Shown piece by piece: positions 12,750 to 26,397 of a DNA stretch of 64,000 nt. The stretch spans positions 16,988,001 through 17,052,000 of the forward strand of contig OX597822.1 in NCBI GenBank assembly GCA_951406725.2, written 5' to 3'. Position 1 is the stretch's first letter. Every line of letters begins with the position of its first letter. A model generated the notes under the pieces. That model worked only from the letters and a program-made list of their open reading frames with translations. It ran no database searches and was not told the DNA's origin. Both the position numbers and the translations under genes were made by a program. This DNA comes from Octopus vulgaris. Lineage: Eukaryota.

Positions 12750-13550
12750 GTTGGCAGACTCGTTAGCACGCGGAGGAAAATGCTTAGTAGCGATTCGTCC
12801 GTTCAAATTCGATCTAGCCTTTAATCGATCGATTTGCCTTTAATACTTTCGGGGATGATAAAATAAATACCAGTTGTGCACGGAGGTCGATATAATTGAC
12901 TCGTCCCCTTCTCCCAAAATTTCAGGCTTTTTGCCTGTAGTAGAAACGAAACGAATATTCATTCTTCGTTAAGGCGAAGAACTGGCAGAAACGCAAACGC
13001 GCTGGGGAAAATTGTTAGCGGCATTTCAAGTCCGTCTTTACGTTCTGAGTTCAAATGCCACCAAGGTGGACTTTGCTTTTTATCCTTTCGGGGTCGATAA
13101 ACTAAACACCAGTTGAACACTGGGGTCGATGTAATGGATTAACCCACACCCCCGAAATTGCTGGCCTTGAGTTAAAATTTGAAACCATTATTAATTAATA
13201 TTTTGGTAGCAGAATCGTTCGCGTGTGTGACAAAATGCGCTCCGTTATTTATTCCAGCTCATATTGTTCTGAGTTCAAATACGGCCGAGACAAACTAGAT
13301 ATATTTTTCACCCTGCACAAATCAAAAGGACCAAGCCAGCGCGGTGAACTGGCAGATTCGTCAACGGGTTGAACATATTTGCTTTCGCAGCTTGCTCCAC
13401 GTCTATATGTCCTGAGTTCTACTCACGCCGAGGTCAATTTTGTTGCTGATCCTTTCAGAGGCAATGCAAAAAAAAAAAGAGAAAGAAAACACAAACGTAA
13501 AAATGATGAAATCCCTTTTGCCCTCAGAATTGCAAACTTACATCAAAAGA
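12750..13550 (+). mobile_element. Cluster of ~4 tandem family A SINE copies
   Basis: Repeated tggcaga..cgtt heads and ctgagttcaaat boxes near 12750, 12972, 13205 and 13340. Confidence 0.75.
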
Positions 13551-13759
13551 AGTAGAAAACATCAAAAGAGGAATCTCTGTGGAATTTCTATGAAAACGTG
13601 AGAAATGAGAAGAAATAACTGTCCACATCATTCATCGTCACAAACCAACCAAGAAATATCTTCGCGGTCTCCTCCCTCGCCCTGCTAAAAGCAAAGACTG
13701 GCTCTCCCTCATAATCACACCTTGCACTGTAGTAGTTGTTTCATACATACATACATACA

Positions 13760-13795
<36 letters not shown>

Positions 13796-13900
13796 CATTA
13801 TATATATATATATATATAACAAAGTGGAGTTGTAAGGTACCGCACGAGTGGAATTATAGATGAAAGAAGGTTTGAAAATGCAATTTTAAAAGATGTTTAT

Positions 13901-13946
13901 TTACTTTACCGGTTTCACTTTTTTAGAAAAAGATTGTCAAAAGTAA
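13901..13946 (-). ncRNA. Hammerhead variant with U3-A8 core (UUGACAA)
   Basis: RC: UUACUU UUGACAA u CUUUUU cua AAAAAG u GAAA CCGG UA AAGUAA. 6 bp stem I, palindromic ACCGGU, GUA site. Confidence 0.7.
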
Positions 13947-14340
13947 CATGTAAAAGCTTGGTTGTGATAGGTACTGGTTGTCACAAAATGTTACAATATA
14001 TATATATACATTCTTTGATAATGAGGAAATGTTAAGAACAGTTTAGTAGTAGGGCAGTTTTAGGTCAGTTAAAACTACCCTACTTCTAAAATGTAAACTT
14101 TTTTGAACTTATAATATTCTGTGAATCTATACATATACAATACCAATATTCCGCTGAACTTTCTAATAATTCTTTCTGGAAACTGTCTTTAACATTTTCT
14201 TAAGAATATTGTAATCTTTTGTGCCCAATATTTTAATGAACTTGTTAAACTTTTTTATATTTTCCCAAAATTTTCCCTTGTAAACTGTTCTTAACATTTT
14301 GTGACAACCAGTACCTAACACAGCCAAGCTTTTACATGTA

Positions 14341-14383
14341 ACTTTTGACAATCTTTTTCTAAAAAAAGTGAAACCGGTCAAGT
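14341..14383 (+). ncRNA. Hammerhead variant with U3-A8 core (UUGACAA)
   Basis: ACUU UUGACAA ucuuuuucuaaaaaaagu GAAA CCGG UC AAGU; GUC site. Confidence 0.7.
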
Positions 14384-14420
14384 GAATAAACATCTTTTAA
14401 AATTGCATTTTCAAACCTTC

Positions 14421-14479
<59 letters not shown>

Positions 14480-16029
14480 TTTTACCTTGTGTAATCAACT
14501 CACAACGGACGTAAAAAGGATGGTTGATTGTAATGAAAATACAACAATAATTTCTTTTGGTTTTCATTGACTTTCTGATAAAAGATTAATGCTTGGTAAA
14601 CAATTTTCGATATTACTATTTGTTTGATAAACTCTGTTGCATGACTTTTATTCACACATATCAGCTTCGTTTTTCTTTTTTTTTTTTCTTTTTTGACACT
14701 CACTGCCACAAATATATTTTTCAACCTCTTTAACAGGATTTCTGTTTTCTGCATGTTTCAATTGTTCAACTTTTTATCACAGCTAAATTTATTCCTCACA
14801 TCCATCTCTAATTATTATTTTTCTTGCCTTCGCAATTGTTCTACAAAATAACTCCAGTTACATTCCGTTGGTTTGTAATCCTGAACTGGTTACAAGTATT
14901 CACTTGACGCTCTATCTTTCCTTACATCTTTTCTCACTCAGCGTTCTTTTATGATTCCTTACATCTAATTTTATAACCAACACAAACCACCCGCTTTAAA
15001 AGAATTTATTCTCTTACCTAATTTGCTTTAGTTTCTGTCATTACAGACTTCCTTCTTTCAACACATTCTTTTTTTTCCCTTCCCTTATAATCAACAAATT
15101 TTTCTACTTTATTTCTTCTCACTTTTTAGTTCTTCGTTCATTATTTGTCTTAATTACTGTTTCAAGGCCAACTTGTGTTATTTTCTTGTAAATCAGTGAT
15201 TCACAAAAATATGTACAACTTCCTCGCCTGACCACGATGTGTTTACTTGGGCTAGAATGGCATGAAAACCACCACCACCACTCCAAGCAACAAACAAAAA
15301 TCAAACAAGTCGCAGCAATGGATGAATGCCTCTAATGTTCATTGTGATATAACTTCATTTCTATATTTGCAATGATAATTTAGTGAACAGTGAAGTAATT
15401 AATTAACAAAATGATTATCAGCCCCCGGAAAGCTTGTATCACTGAATTAAATGCATCAAATATTTTAAATTAATCAAAATAAAATTAATTAATTAATAAA
15501 AAAAAAATAAAACTCCAAACAGTAATTGAATTTTGAATACATTTTAAAATTAATTTGTTGTTTAAATTTTACTGTGATTAAAACTACAGTTCTGAATAAT
15601 GCTTTTGATGGAATAGGCTTTGGATAACTTGAGATAAATTCTTGGAATCAAGCTGATGGTACCCGGGAAAAATTTAGGAACCATTCCAGTAAATGATGTT
15701 TTCTTCAGATCTTTGACACAGATTTAATTTTTCGATATCAGTTTCGTTGCAGGCATTATTATAGTTAATTTTCGTTCACATAATTATTTCAAAACATAGC
15801 AACAGTTTTGTAAATGTTGAACCATGCTGATATGGCGATATAAGCCCTCGCCACACAAATGGTAGGAGTTTAAGAAAAAGCAGCATAGGTTTTGATGTTT
15901 TAATTCTTTAAGATAAAATTATAAGCTCAAAAAAATTATTGCTCAAAAAAGTTGTTGCATGCCATAAACTGCAACCCAAAAGAACCGTCTTAGTACAAAT
16001 AAATTCAACGAATGTCTTCATATATTAAT

Positions 16030-16425
16030 CCTTTCTACTAAAGGCACAAGGCCTGAAATTTGGGGCGTGGAGACTAGTCGATTACAACGACCCAGTGTTT
16101 CACTGGTACTTAATTTATCGACCCCGAAAGGATGAAAGGAAAAGTCGACCTCGGTGGAATTTGAACTCAGAACGTAGCGATGGTCGAAATACCAATTTCT
16201 TTACTACTCACAAGGGGCTAAACACAGAGGGGACAAATAAGGACAGACACACGGATTAAGTCGATTATGTCGACCCCAGTGCGTAACTGGTACTTATTTA
16301 ATCGACCCTGAAAGGATGAAAGATATAGTCGACCTCGGCGGAATTTTAACTCAGAACGTAGCGATGGTCGAAATACCGCTGAGCATTTCGTCCGGCGTGC
16401 TACCGAATCTGCCAGCTCGCCCCCT
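16030..16425 (-). mobile_element. SINE family A dimer
   Basis: Same two-unit architecture on the reverse strand. Confidence 0.85.
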
Positions 16426-17414
16426 TAAGGTAGAGACAAATAGATGCGAAAGCTAGCGATGCGGTTACATAGGATTGAAACACCTTCCACTAAGACATCT
16501 AGTATCTTAGCATAACGAAGTTACCACACGACCAAACTCCCAATATTAATATATTTCCAATAATAACCGCAGCAATCTTGCTAGCTTATTAAATTAAACT
16601 TCTCCAACGTCCATGTCTGAAGTCTGGACTTTTTCCAATTATTACAAATTCTCCAGACATTTAAGTCACTGGGTTTTAAAAAATGTCTAATTTATTTTTG
16701 TTCTCGTTTCGGTTTTTTTTTTTTTTTATTTTTATTTTTCCTGCTAAAAATTAATTTCTTCCAACAAATTTCGTCATATCAATCATTAATATATGCAGCA
16801 TTCCTTACACTAAGCTTTGTATATTTTCCACTTTAGCACGTTTCTTGCTCGTAATTACTAATCTCACTTTACTTAATGAATGGTTTTGTGCAATTTCACA
16901 CCACACTGATTTTTCATTTACTACCACCGACTCGGACACCACCACCATTGACATTGCTCATGGAATCACACTCGTTGAGTTATTATTTAGCCTGTTGGCT
17001 GTGTGCGATTCCATCCAACATGACCGCTAACGGTTTGGCTTATTACTCTAACTAATCAGCGACATTATAAACGAGACATAACACAACAAACATGTATGTT
17101 AGACAATCATCTAAATTAATTAATTTAACGAGCTACCAAGACCTGTTAGTAAAATCGATGCTAATATATTTCACGAAGTGAGATAAGAAATGTTAATTAT
17201 TTAATTAAAAATTATACTCAAAATGAAGAATAAATATTATTAGCTTCTTAATTCTTTTACTTTAAATACAAAAATTACTGGGTCTGGAGGAAGGGGCAGA
17301 ACCCCAGGTTTTCGAGGCCTTCGAGATTGTTTAATATTTCTTTCTGTGACTATATTTCTGCTGAAATCAGAAACTTTGTTTAATTCTGAAAATACTCTTT
17401 TTTTTTTCCGTTCT

Positions 17415-17640
17415 TATTTTCCTATACATTCGCTGCTTTCTTCCAATGAATCTAATGCTCTTAGCTTAGTTTTTCCTTGGGGCTGGCCAGATTGGAGCAA
17501 TCTCGAGTATGACCAGCCCACATTGCAAAGATAATCTAGAACTCGACCGAGGAAAGAAAACTCCGAATGACCCGTCCTTTTTTCTTTGTATCGTCTATCT
17601 GGATGTTTTACGTTCTTGTCTCATTTTGTATTTTATATAT
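17415..17640 (+). repeat. Short dispersed element ending in (TA)n; copies at 59770-60020(+) and 51200-51334(-, truncated)
   Basis: Shared gaatctaatgctcttagcttagttttt...ggggctggccagattggagcaatct...gaggaaagaaaactccgaatgaccc...gtatcgtctatctgga. Confidence 0.75.
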
Positions 17641-18716
17641 ATTGAATGGTCATGGTCGGAATACCTTTGATCATCGGCCTGTTCCATGAGGGTCTATCTG
17701 TATTAAACAAGTCCAAGTAAAGAAAAACCTGGTACGATTGTTTCAGGGAAACACTAGATTGTTTCATCTTTAATCTTTAATCTTTTATCTTTAACTTGCT
17801 TCAGTCATTGGACCGCGGTCATGCTGGGGCACAGCCTTGAAGGATTTAGTCGAAAGATCAAACTCCAATTCTTGCTAGTAAATATAGTGCGTATTCTATC
17901 GACTTCTTTTGCCAAATCGCTAAGTTACGGGGGCATAAACAAACGAACATCAGTTGGCAAACGGTGGAGAACAAACACAAAGACAAACGCACACACAAAA
18001 ACACACAGTTAAATACAAACACACATACACGTTTGTGTGTGTGAGTATACGACGGGCTTCCACACAGTTTCCGCTTACCAAATTCACTGTTAAGGCATTG
18101 GTCGACCTGGGGTTATGATAGAAAACACTGCGCTAAAGTGCTGTGAAATAGAACTGAAACCGAAACCAGGTTTCTTAACCATTTTGCCATAACTGCGCCT
18201 ACGTAAGGGAAAAGAACTTCTGTAAAAAATACCCCGAAACTGTGCGGCTTCTACGGAAACGGTGTAAGCATAGATGTAAAGCTGAGCTGAATGAAAAATC
18301 TGTAGAGGAGATTGTAGATGAGGCATGTACAAGAGACTTAATCGCATGTTTTGGCAATAGCTCGGTTCTAGCACTTCAAGGGCTTAAAATGCTCCATTAA
18401 AGCTGGCAGTATTAGCGAAGGTTATTATAAAGGCAATTATTTGCAACAATAAATCTTTGCTGCTGGCAGAATTGTTCTGGTATTAAGCATTACAACTGAA
18501 TATGGCAAAAGTTCAATTACTGGAATTTTCTTGAACCAGAGAATAATTTCATGCGAACTTTTATTCTTCGAATCTTGCAAGTTGTTTCCAAACTGAACTA
18601 TTCGACTGTTTCCAATATAATGAGCAGGATGTAATGTATATACGGGAAATATTAATGGAAATGATATAGAAGATACGGTGTATAATTTCAGTTTGTCAGT
18701 ATAAGAGAGAGAGAGG

Positions 18717-18766
<50 letters not shown>

Positions 18767-19042
18767 GCCTATTGCCGTTAATTTATAAAAATAACAGACC
18801 TCGAGGTTTTTATAAAACTGTTCTTTCGTTCCAACTTAAGAAACGTTGATTGAATATTAAATTAATCTGTTTCTGAATTGTTAATCTTTCCAGAAATACC
18901 GAGCTGCCATCTTACCTGTATTTGAAGTAGAGGCGGGGTGGGGCGGGGCGGGGGCACAGTGAAATATGCGTTGCTGTTATTGTTTATTCCCCGATTAGCA
19001 CAGCTTCGACAAGCATGTGATCAAAAATGTTCCAGCTGTGAC

Positions 19043-19091
<49 letters not shown>

Positions 19092-19104
19092 TCTATCTAT
19101 TTAT

Positions 19105-19141
<37 letters not shown>

Positions 19142-19424
19142 ATCTATCTATCTATCTAGAATCCTGTTGTACAGAGTATTCTTCCTTATTTAATATGATA
19201 AAGTGTATATTGAGGAGTATTTTTTAAAGATGAATTTGTTTCGGAATTGTTACTACTTCCAAAAGTTTGGTGATGCCATGATGACTGCAATTGGATTGAG
19301 GAACAAGGGAACAAGTGTTGCTATTGCTTATTTCTATGTCTTCCCTGGCATGTGGTTGTTATTTTTAGCAAGTCAAGTGACCTCATGGACGTTCTGTCCC
19401 TTCTGCTAATCCACTGTTTTTAAT

Positions 19425-20045
19425 AATTGTTTCAAATTTAAGCAGCAACAACGCCAGCGGTTTTGAGGCGAGGAGATCAATCGATTCTATGGAACCAGTA
19501 AATGATTAGTACTTTATTCTATCGACCCCGAAACTTGACCTTTGTGAGATTTGAACTCAGAACGTAAAATACCAGAAGAATTGTTGCAGAGAATTTTGTG
19601 GAACGTTCCAATGAGTTTCACAAACCACCAACTTGGCAGTATTTTGTCCAACGTTCAAAAGATTCTAAGAAATCGCCGACCCCGAATTAATTCTACTCTA
19701 GACACAAAGCTTGAAATTGCGGGTGGGGGTGGGGGTAAATCGGTTACATCGATGCCAGTGTTTCGTTGGTACTCTATTTCAGCGACCATGAAAGGGATGA
19801 AAGACAAAGTCGACCTCGGCAGAATTTGAACTTAGAACATGAAGACAAAAGGAACGCTGCTAAGCATTTTTGTCCGGTGTCCTAACGATTCTGCCATGGC
19901 GTCGCCTTTTGGTTTCAAATTTTGGCACAATTTTATACCGACCCTGGTTCTCGATATAAAAAGCTGGAATTTTAATTCAGAATGCAAAAACCGAAGAATT
20001 GCCATCAAGCATTTTGTCCGGCATGGTAACCATTCTGCCGCCTTG
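19425..20045 (-). mobile_element. Cluster of degenerate family A SINE copies (further copies ~25010-25130, 28200-28360, 30650-30860, 32640-32800, 38000-38200, 50090-50320)
   Basis: Recurrent gtcgacctcggc-gaatttgaactcagaac motifs. Confidence 0.7.
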
Positions 20046-21079
20046 CATTAGTTAAGGCTATTTTTTGCATTCTACAGGAAAAATTGCCGTTCTTGTCAAT
20101 CAGTGAAACCACATTTCCCTTCTGGCTACAAACGGGTTAATCCATAATCCGAGGCAAGGGTCTCTTACAAGATGCTGTCAGCCAGAGACAACGGAGCCCA
20201 GAACACGCGACCAACAGATGCGTTACTTCCTAAAACACTCAAACTTCTACCTGCCTAATCAAAACACCTAGCGAAATATCGATTAGTAAAGTGCAATTAT
20301 AATTAACTACCTGGCACAAAAAAAAAATATAGCCATTAATTCATTATCTGAGATTTTCATATGTTTAACGGGGGGGAAAGCAATATGTATATATTTTTTC
20401 ATACTATTTTTCTGAATAGCTAAACTTTGGTCAAAGTTCATCAATCTAAAATGAATTTAAGGCTAAGACTAAATATAATAAAACATATAACAATGGTTAT
20501 GAATCATGAGGATTCTAATTTAAAATAGAAGAAATTAAAGAAAGACAAATACAACGGGAGTGGAACAGTTAAGAAAATAACATGGCAAGGCATTAATTGA
20601 GGAAATTAATGCAAAAATTAAAATCAGCAATCTTAATTAACATTTCATTAAAATGTAATATATAAATATATACATACACACACGTTATATATGTGTGTGT
20701 GACACAGAGAGAGTGTGTATGTGTGTATGTGTTTACCAGAAAAAAAAATTAGGCAGAAAGAAAGAAAGCAAGATTAATTATCTTTTATTTTATTTTATTT
20801 TGTCTGGAATGCAAATATTTTAAAATGAGATGCTGAGATAGATGTCCCTGGCTCAGTTGAATTTAATAGAAGCGAGAAAAGAAATAGAAATAAAAATGTA
20901 TTGAAATCATTTAGAAACTGGTTGTTGAATTCTGCATCCGACACCATAACACCGAAAACCTTTAGCTTCATCTTTAAAAAATAATAATAATTAAAATCAT
21001 TAGGACAATACGAAGAGAAGTTTGAAAAGCTGATAACTCGTTATTTCTTGCTGAAGATTTTGAATAAAGTTTGGCTGCT

Positions 21080-21110
<31 letters not shown>

Positions 21111-21671
21111 AGAACATAAAGACAGACGAAACACCGCTAAGCATTTCGTTCGGTTTTGCTTACAGGAGGACAAATGTTGGGATGTTGTAGCGAAGCAGAT
21201 GAAGGTGGGTGTGTTAACGTGGTCACTGGACCTGCTACACATAGTAACTAACACTCATTCAACTCACAACCCTACCGTCTTAAAAAAAATAGGGAGATTC
21301 ATATTGGATAATGTAGTAGGAGTAAGTTTACAAGAAGACAGCAATGGTGTTCGGGTAACACCCGTTTATCAGGACCATTGCCGTCTTCTTGCGAATTAGC
21401 AGAAGTGTTAAAAAGCCAAACAGAATTCTTCACTGTATTTGTTCCGATTCTGTGAGTAGAACGTCCATAAACTTTTACTCGTGAAGAGCAGCCAGTGGTC
21501 AATCCGCAGACGAGGAAAATGTAGAAACCATTCAAAAATACAAGGACGATGTTACGCATCCTGTGGCGGGGGGGGGACGTTTCCTGTTGAGAAGGTAAAA
21601 CAACATAAAAAAGCATAGCTGCAAACGTTATAAATAATAGAGATCCAAAGCCGCAGTACTCGACTCCAGCA

Positions 21672-24600
21672 TGAAATGAAAAGCACTGGAAGAAATGAAG
21701 GACAAAATGAAGTACGAAAAACACTGGAAGAAATGAAGTACGAAAAACACTGGATGAAATTAAATACGAAATGAGATACGAAAAACACTGGGAGACATGA
21801 AAGGTGAAATGAAGTACGAAAAACACTGGAAGAAATGAAGTGCGAAAGGAAGTACGAAAAACACTGCAAGAAATGAAGTACGAAAAACACTGGAAGAAAT
21901 GAAAGGTGAAATGAAGTACGAAAAACACTGCAAGAAATGAAAGGTGAAATGAAGTACGAAAAACACTGGAAGAAATGAAGTACGAAAAACACTGGAAGAA
22001 ATGAAGTACGAAATGAAGTACGAAAAACACTCGAAGAAATGAAGGGCGAAATGAAGTACGAAAAACACTCGAAGAAATGAAGGGCGAAATGAAGTACGAA
22101 AAACACTGGAAGAAATGATGGGTGAAATGAAGTACGAAAAACACTGGAAGAAATGAAGTACGAAAAACACTGGAAGAAATGAAGTGCGAAATGAAGTACG
22201 AAAAACACTGGAAGAAATGAAGTGCGAAATGAAGTACGAAAAACACTGGAAGAAATGAAGGGCGAAATGAAGTACGAAAAACACTGGAAGAAATGAAGGG
22301 CGAAATGAAGTACGAAAAACACTGGAAGAAATGAAGGGTGAAATGAAGTACGAAAAACACTTGAAGAAATGAAGTACGAAAAACACTGGAAGAAATGAAG
22401 TGCGAAATGAAGTACGAAAAACACTGGAAGAAATGAAGGGCGAAATGGAGTACGAAAAACACTGGAAGAAATAAAGTACGAAAAACACTGGAAGAAATGA
22501 AGTACGAAAAACACTGGAAGAAATGAAATACGAAAATCCCTGGAAGAAATGAAGTGCGAAATGAAGTACGAAGAACACGGGAAGAAATGAAGTACGAAAA
22601 ACACTGGAAGAAATGAAGTGCGAAATGAAGTACGGAAAACACTGGAAGAAATGAAGGGCGAAATGAAGTACGAAAAACACTGGAAGAAATGAAGTGCGAA
22701 ATGAAGTACGAAAAACACTGGGAGAATGAAGGGCGAAATGAAGTAGGAAAAACACTGGAAGAAATGAAGTACGAAATGAAGTACGAAAAACACTGGAAGA
22801 AATGAAGTGCGAAATGAAGTACGAAAAACACTGGAAGAAATGAAGGGCGAAATGAAGTACGAAAAACACTGGAAGAAATGAAGGGCGAAATGAAGTACGA
22901 AAAACACTGGTGTAAATGAAGTACGAAAACCACTGGGAGAAATGAAGGACGAAATTAAGTACGAAAAACACTGGAAGACATGAAGTACGAAAAAGACTGG
23001 AAGAAATGAAGTACGAAAAAGACTGGAGTAAATGAAGTACGAAAACACTGGGAGAAATGAAGTACGAAAAAGACTGGAGTAAATGAATACGAAAACACTG
23101 GAAGAAATGAAGTACGAAAAACACTGGAGTACATGAAGTACGAAAAACAATGGAAGAAATGAAGTACGAAACCACCGGAAGAAATGAAGTACGAAAAACA
23201 CTGGGAGAAATGAAGGGTGAAATGAAGTACGAAAAACACTGGAAGAAATGAAGGGCGAAATGAAGTACGAAAAACACTGGAAGAAATGAAATACGAAAAA
23301 CACTGGAAGAAATGAAGTGCGAAATGAAGTACGAAGAACACTGGAAGAAATGAAGTACGAAAAACACTGGAAGAAATGAAGTGCGAAATGAAGTACGAAA
23401 AACACTGGAAGAAATGAAGGGCGAAATGAAGTACGAAAAACACTGGAAGAAATGAAGTACGAAAAACACTGGAGTAAATGAAGTACGAAAAACACTGGGA
23501 GAAATGAAGGGCGAAATGAAGTATGAAAAACACTGGAAGAAATGAAGGACGAAATTAAGTACGGAAAACACTGGAAGAAATGAAGTACGAAAAAGACTTG
23601 AGTAAATGAAGTACGAGAAACACTGGGAGAAATGAAGGGCGAAATGAAGTACGAAAAACACTGGAAGAAATGAAGTACGAAAAAGACTGGAGTAAATGAA
23701 GTACGAAAAACACTGGGAGAAATGAAGTACGAAAAAGACTGGAGTAAATGAAGTACGAAAAAGACTGGGAGAAATGAAGTACGAAAAACACTGGAGTACA
23801 TGAAGTACGAAAAACACTGGAAGAAATGAAGTACGAAACCACCGGAAGAAATGAAGGACGAAAAACACTGGAAGAAATGAAGGGTGAATTGAAGTACGAA
23901 AAACACTGGAAGAAATGAAGGGCGAAATGAAGTACGAAAAACACTGGAAGAAATGAAGTACGAAAAACACTGGAATAAATGAAGTACGAAAAACACTGGG
24001 AGAAATGAAGGGCGAAATGAAGTACGAAAAACACTGGAGTAAATGAAGTACGAAAAACACTGGGAGAAATGAAGGGCGAAATGAAGTACGAAAAACACTG
24101 GAAGAAATGAAGTACGAAAAACACTGGGAGAAATGAAGGACGAAATGAAGTACGAAAAACACTGGAAGAAATGAAGTACGAAAAAGACTGGAGTAAATGA
24201 AGTACGAAAAACGCTGGGAGAAATGAAGTACGAAAAAGGCTGGAGTAAATGAAGTACGAAAACACTGGAAGAAATGAAGTACGAAACCACCGGAAGAAAT
24301 GAAGTACGAAAAACACTGGGGTAAATGAAGTACGATAAAGACTGGAGTATAAGAAGTACGAAAAATACTGGAGTAAATGAAGTACGAAAAAGACTGGAAG
24401 AAATGAAGGGCGAAATGAAGTACGAAAAACACTGGAGTAAATGAACAACGAAAAACACTGGAAGAAATGAAGTACGAAAAAGACTAGAAGAAATGAAGTG
24501 CGAAATGAAGTACGAAAGACACTGGAGTAAATGAACAACGAAAAACACTGGAAGAAATGAAGTACGAAAAAGTCTGGAGTAAATGAAGTACAAAAAACAC

Positions 24601-24750
24601 TGGAAGAAATGAAGTACGAAAAAGACTGGAGTAAATGAAGTACGAAAAACACTGGAAGAAATGAAGTACGAAAAAGACTGGAGTAAATGAAGTACGAAAA
24701 ACACTGGAGTAAATTAAGTACGAAAACACTGGAAGAAATGAAGTGCGAAA
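21672..24750. repeat. ~3.1 kb minisatellite built from a 26-bp unit (CTGGAAGAAATGAAGTACGAAAAACA) with optional 12-bp modules (GAAATGAAG[GG/TG/TA]C)
   Basis: Directly visible tandem array; explains the 544, 890 and 1050 aa minus-strand ORFs. Confidence 0.95.
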
Positions 24751-25140
24751 TAGTTTATGTATCCAGAGGGAAACAACATGGATGATAGTAGCAGCGAGCA
24801 GGAAGGCCGAACAAGGGCTCTAACCACAGGCATGTCCACAATTTTGCTGTGATTTCACTGAATATAGGACGAAGGATGATAGTCATCGCCAGGGTCACTC
24901 ACTAGCATGCTGCACGTCAAGGGCAAGGCAATAGTAATGATGATGATAATTATGATAGAGCACGAAGGTCGCAAACTGAATAAAAGAAAGACAAGAATTT
25001 CAGCGACGCCGGAATGGTGACAGGTAAAAGCGACCTACATGGGATTTGAACTCAGAACGTAAACAGCCGAAACAAAAGCCCGCAAGTCTTTTCTTTTCTC
25101 TTTTCCGATGCTCGAGTGATTCTGTCTGTTCAGCCGACAA

Positions 25141-25254
25141 AAATGAAGTATTGGTTGTCTTATTGAAATATTGAATATAAGATATTAAGGGACTAGTATA
25201 CTTTCATGCGTTATAGCAGTCTTCAAGGTCCCAGATTATGACAGGAGTGTTTCA
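25141..25254 (-). repeat. Left arm of an inverted pair (partner 29456-29577) with a hammerhead-like motif at 25189-25232
   Basis: RC: GGGAC CUUGAAGA c UGC uauaac GCA u GAAA GUAUAC UA GUCCC. Confidence 0.7.
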
Positions 25255-25256
25255 AC

Positions 25257-25287
<31 letters not shown>

Positions 25288-26318
25288 GAACGTACGTACG
25301 TATGTATATAACACAACTGCAAAATTTTCTTTAAAGTATTATTTCATGTATATTTCTGTTTGAAATAATTAATTCTGAGCGGGAAAGATGTGTATCTGCA
25401 GGTGAGAGTTGGGTGAGCGAGTACAACAGTGTCAAAGCAATGTTCTTAGGTTCACTGGCGATCTGTGAGAGGACAGGAAATGTTAAAATATATCCCATTG
25501 TTAAATGCTCGCTTAAGAAGACGGGAGAGAGAGAGCGAAGAGAACGGGGAGAGCGAGCGGGGAAGGAGATTGAGAAAGAATAAATTATAGAGGAGTGGGT
25601 TGACGTGTGTGTGTGTGTGTGTGTTTACACGATGAAAATTGTCCAAGTACATGACAGCTTTCAGGTTAGACGAAGGTCAAATGAATATTTTACGTGGATG
25701 ACTGGTCTTCGTGTCAACGAAAACTGTGGTGACTGTGTTTTGTTATTCCAACTGTGTGAAGCAAAGACAATAAGAGAGTGTTTGTAAAGAACATGACATG
25801 AATATGCATGTCGCATTGTATTTTAGTAACGTGGGCGTTATAGCAGACTTTATTTAATTAGCCAAGAAAATTTAATTGGTTAATTAATTTTAATTTAATA
25901 AAATTAATTAAATATGCAACGCAGTGAAGTATGAGTCGATCTTTACTCCTATGACGACAGCAACGAACAGGTTTTTTTTCCTAATTTAGTTGTACGAGTA
26001 TGATATAGAACAACTTCTGTTTAGTTTAAATCTGATCGAGCAGACGATCCAGCCATGACCATTCTGCCTTTGTAAAGGTGCGTGTGTGTGTGTCAATGTA
26101 TCATATATCCAAATAAGAAGCACAGTCTAAAGTCTGCACTAGATATATATATAAACACACACACATAGATAGAGAAACAGAGAGAGTAGCAATGCTGATA
26201 AACACCCTCCGTTTCCTCACCTTCTCTTTTCTCTCTCTCTTTTTCTCCCTCTCTTTCTTTCTCTCCCCCTCTCTCTCTCTCTCTGTATGTATATATACAT
26301 ATATGTATACATATATTT

Positions 26319-26389
<71 letters not shown>

Positions 26390-26397
<8 letters not shown>

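Larger units (their letters stand above)
13860..14426. mobile_element. Inverted-repeat element (~135 bp arms) in (TA)n, each arm carrying a hammerhead variant
   Basis: 13860-13992 is the reverse complement of ~14293-14426; the pairing extends inward via aaatgttaagaacagttta/taaactgttcttaacattt. Confidence 0.8.

Noticed and set aside
21480-21600. SGQSADEENVETIQKY resembling a pogo/Tigger transposase, and a hydrophobic minus-strand peptide
   Set aside because: Too short and without further motifs or clear splice sites.
21299-24729. 544, 890 and 1050 aa minus-strand ORFs
   Set aside because: Open in all three frames only because the satellite's pyrimidine strand lacks stop codons. The 26-bp unit is not a multiple of 3, so there is no frame conservation.
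21672-24750. CRISPR-like array or tandem hammerhead array (CTGGAAGA...CGAAA words)
   Set aside because: No unique spacers or cas genes, eukaryotic context, and no complementary stems can form in the purine-rich unit.
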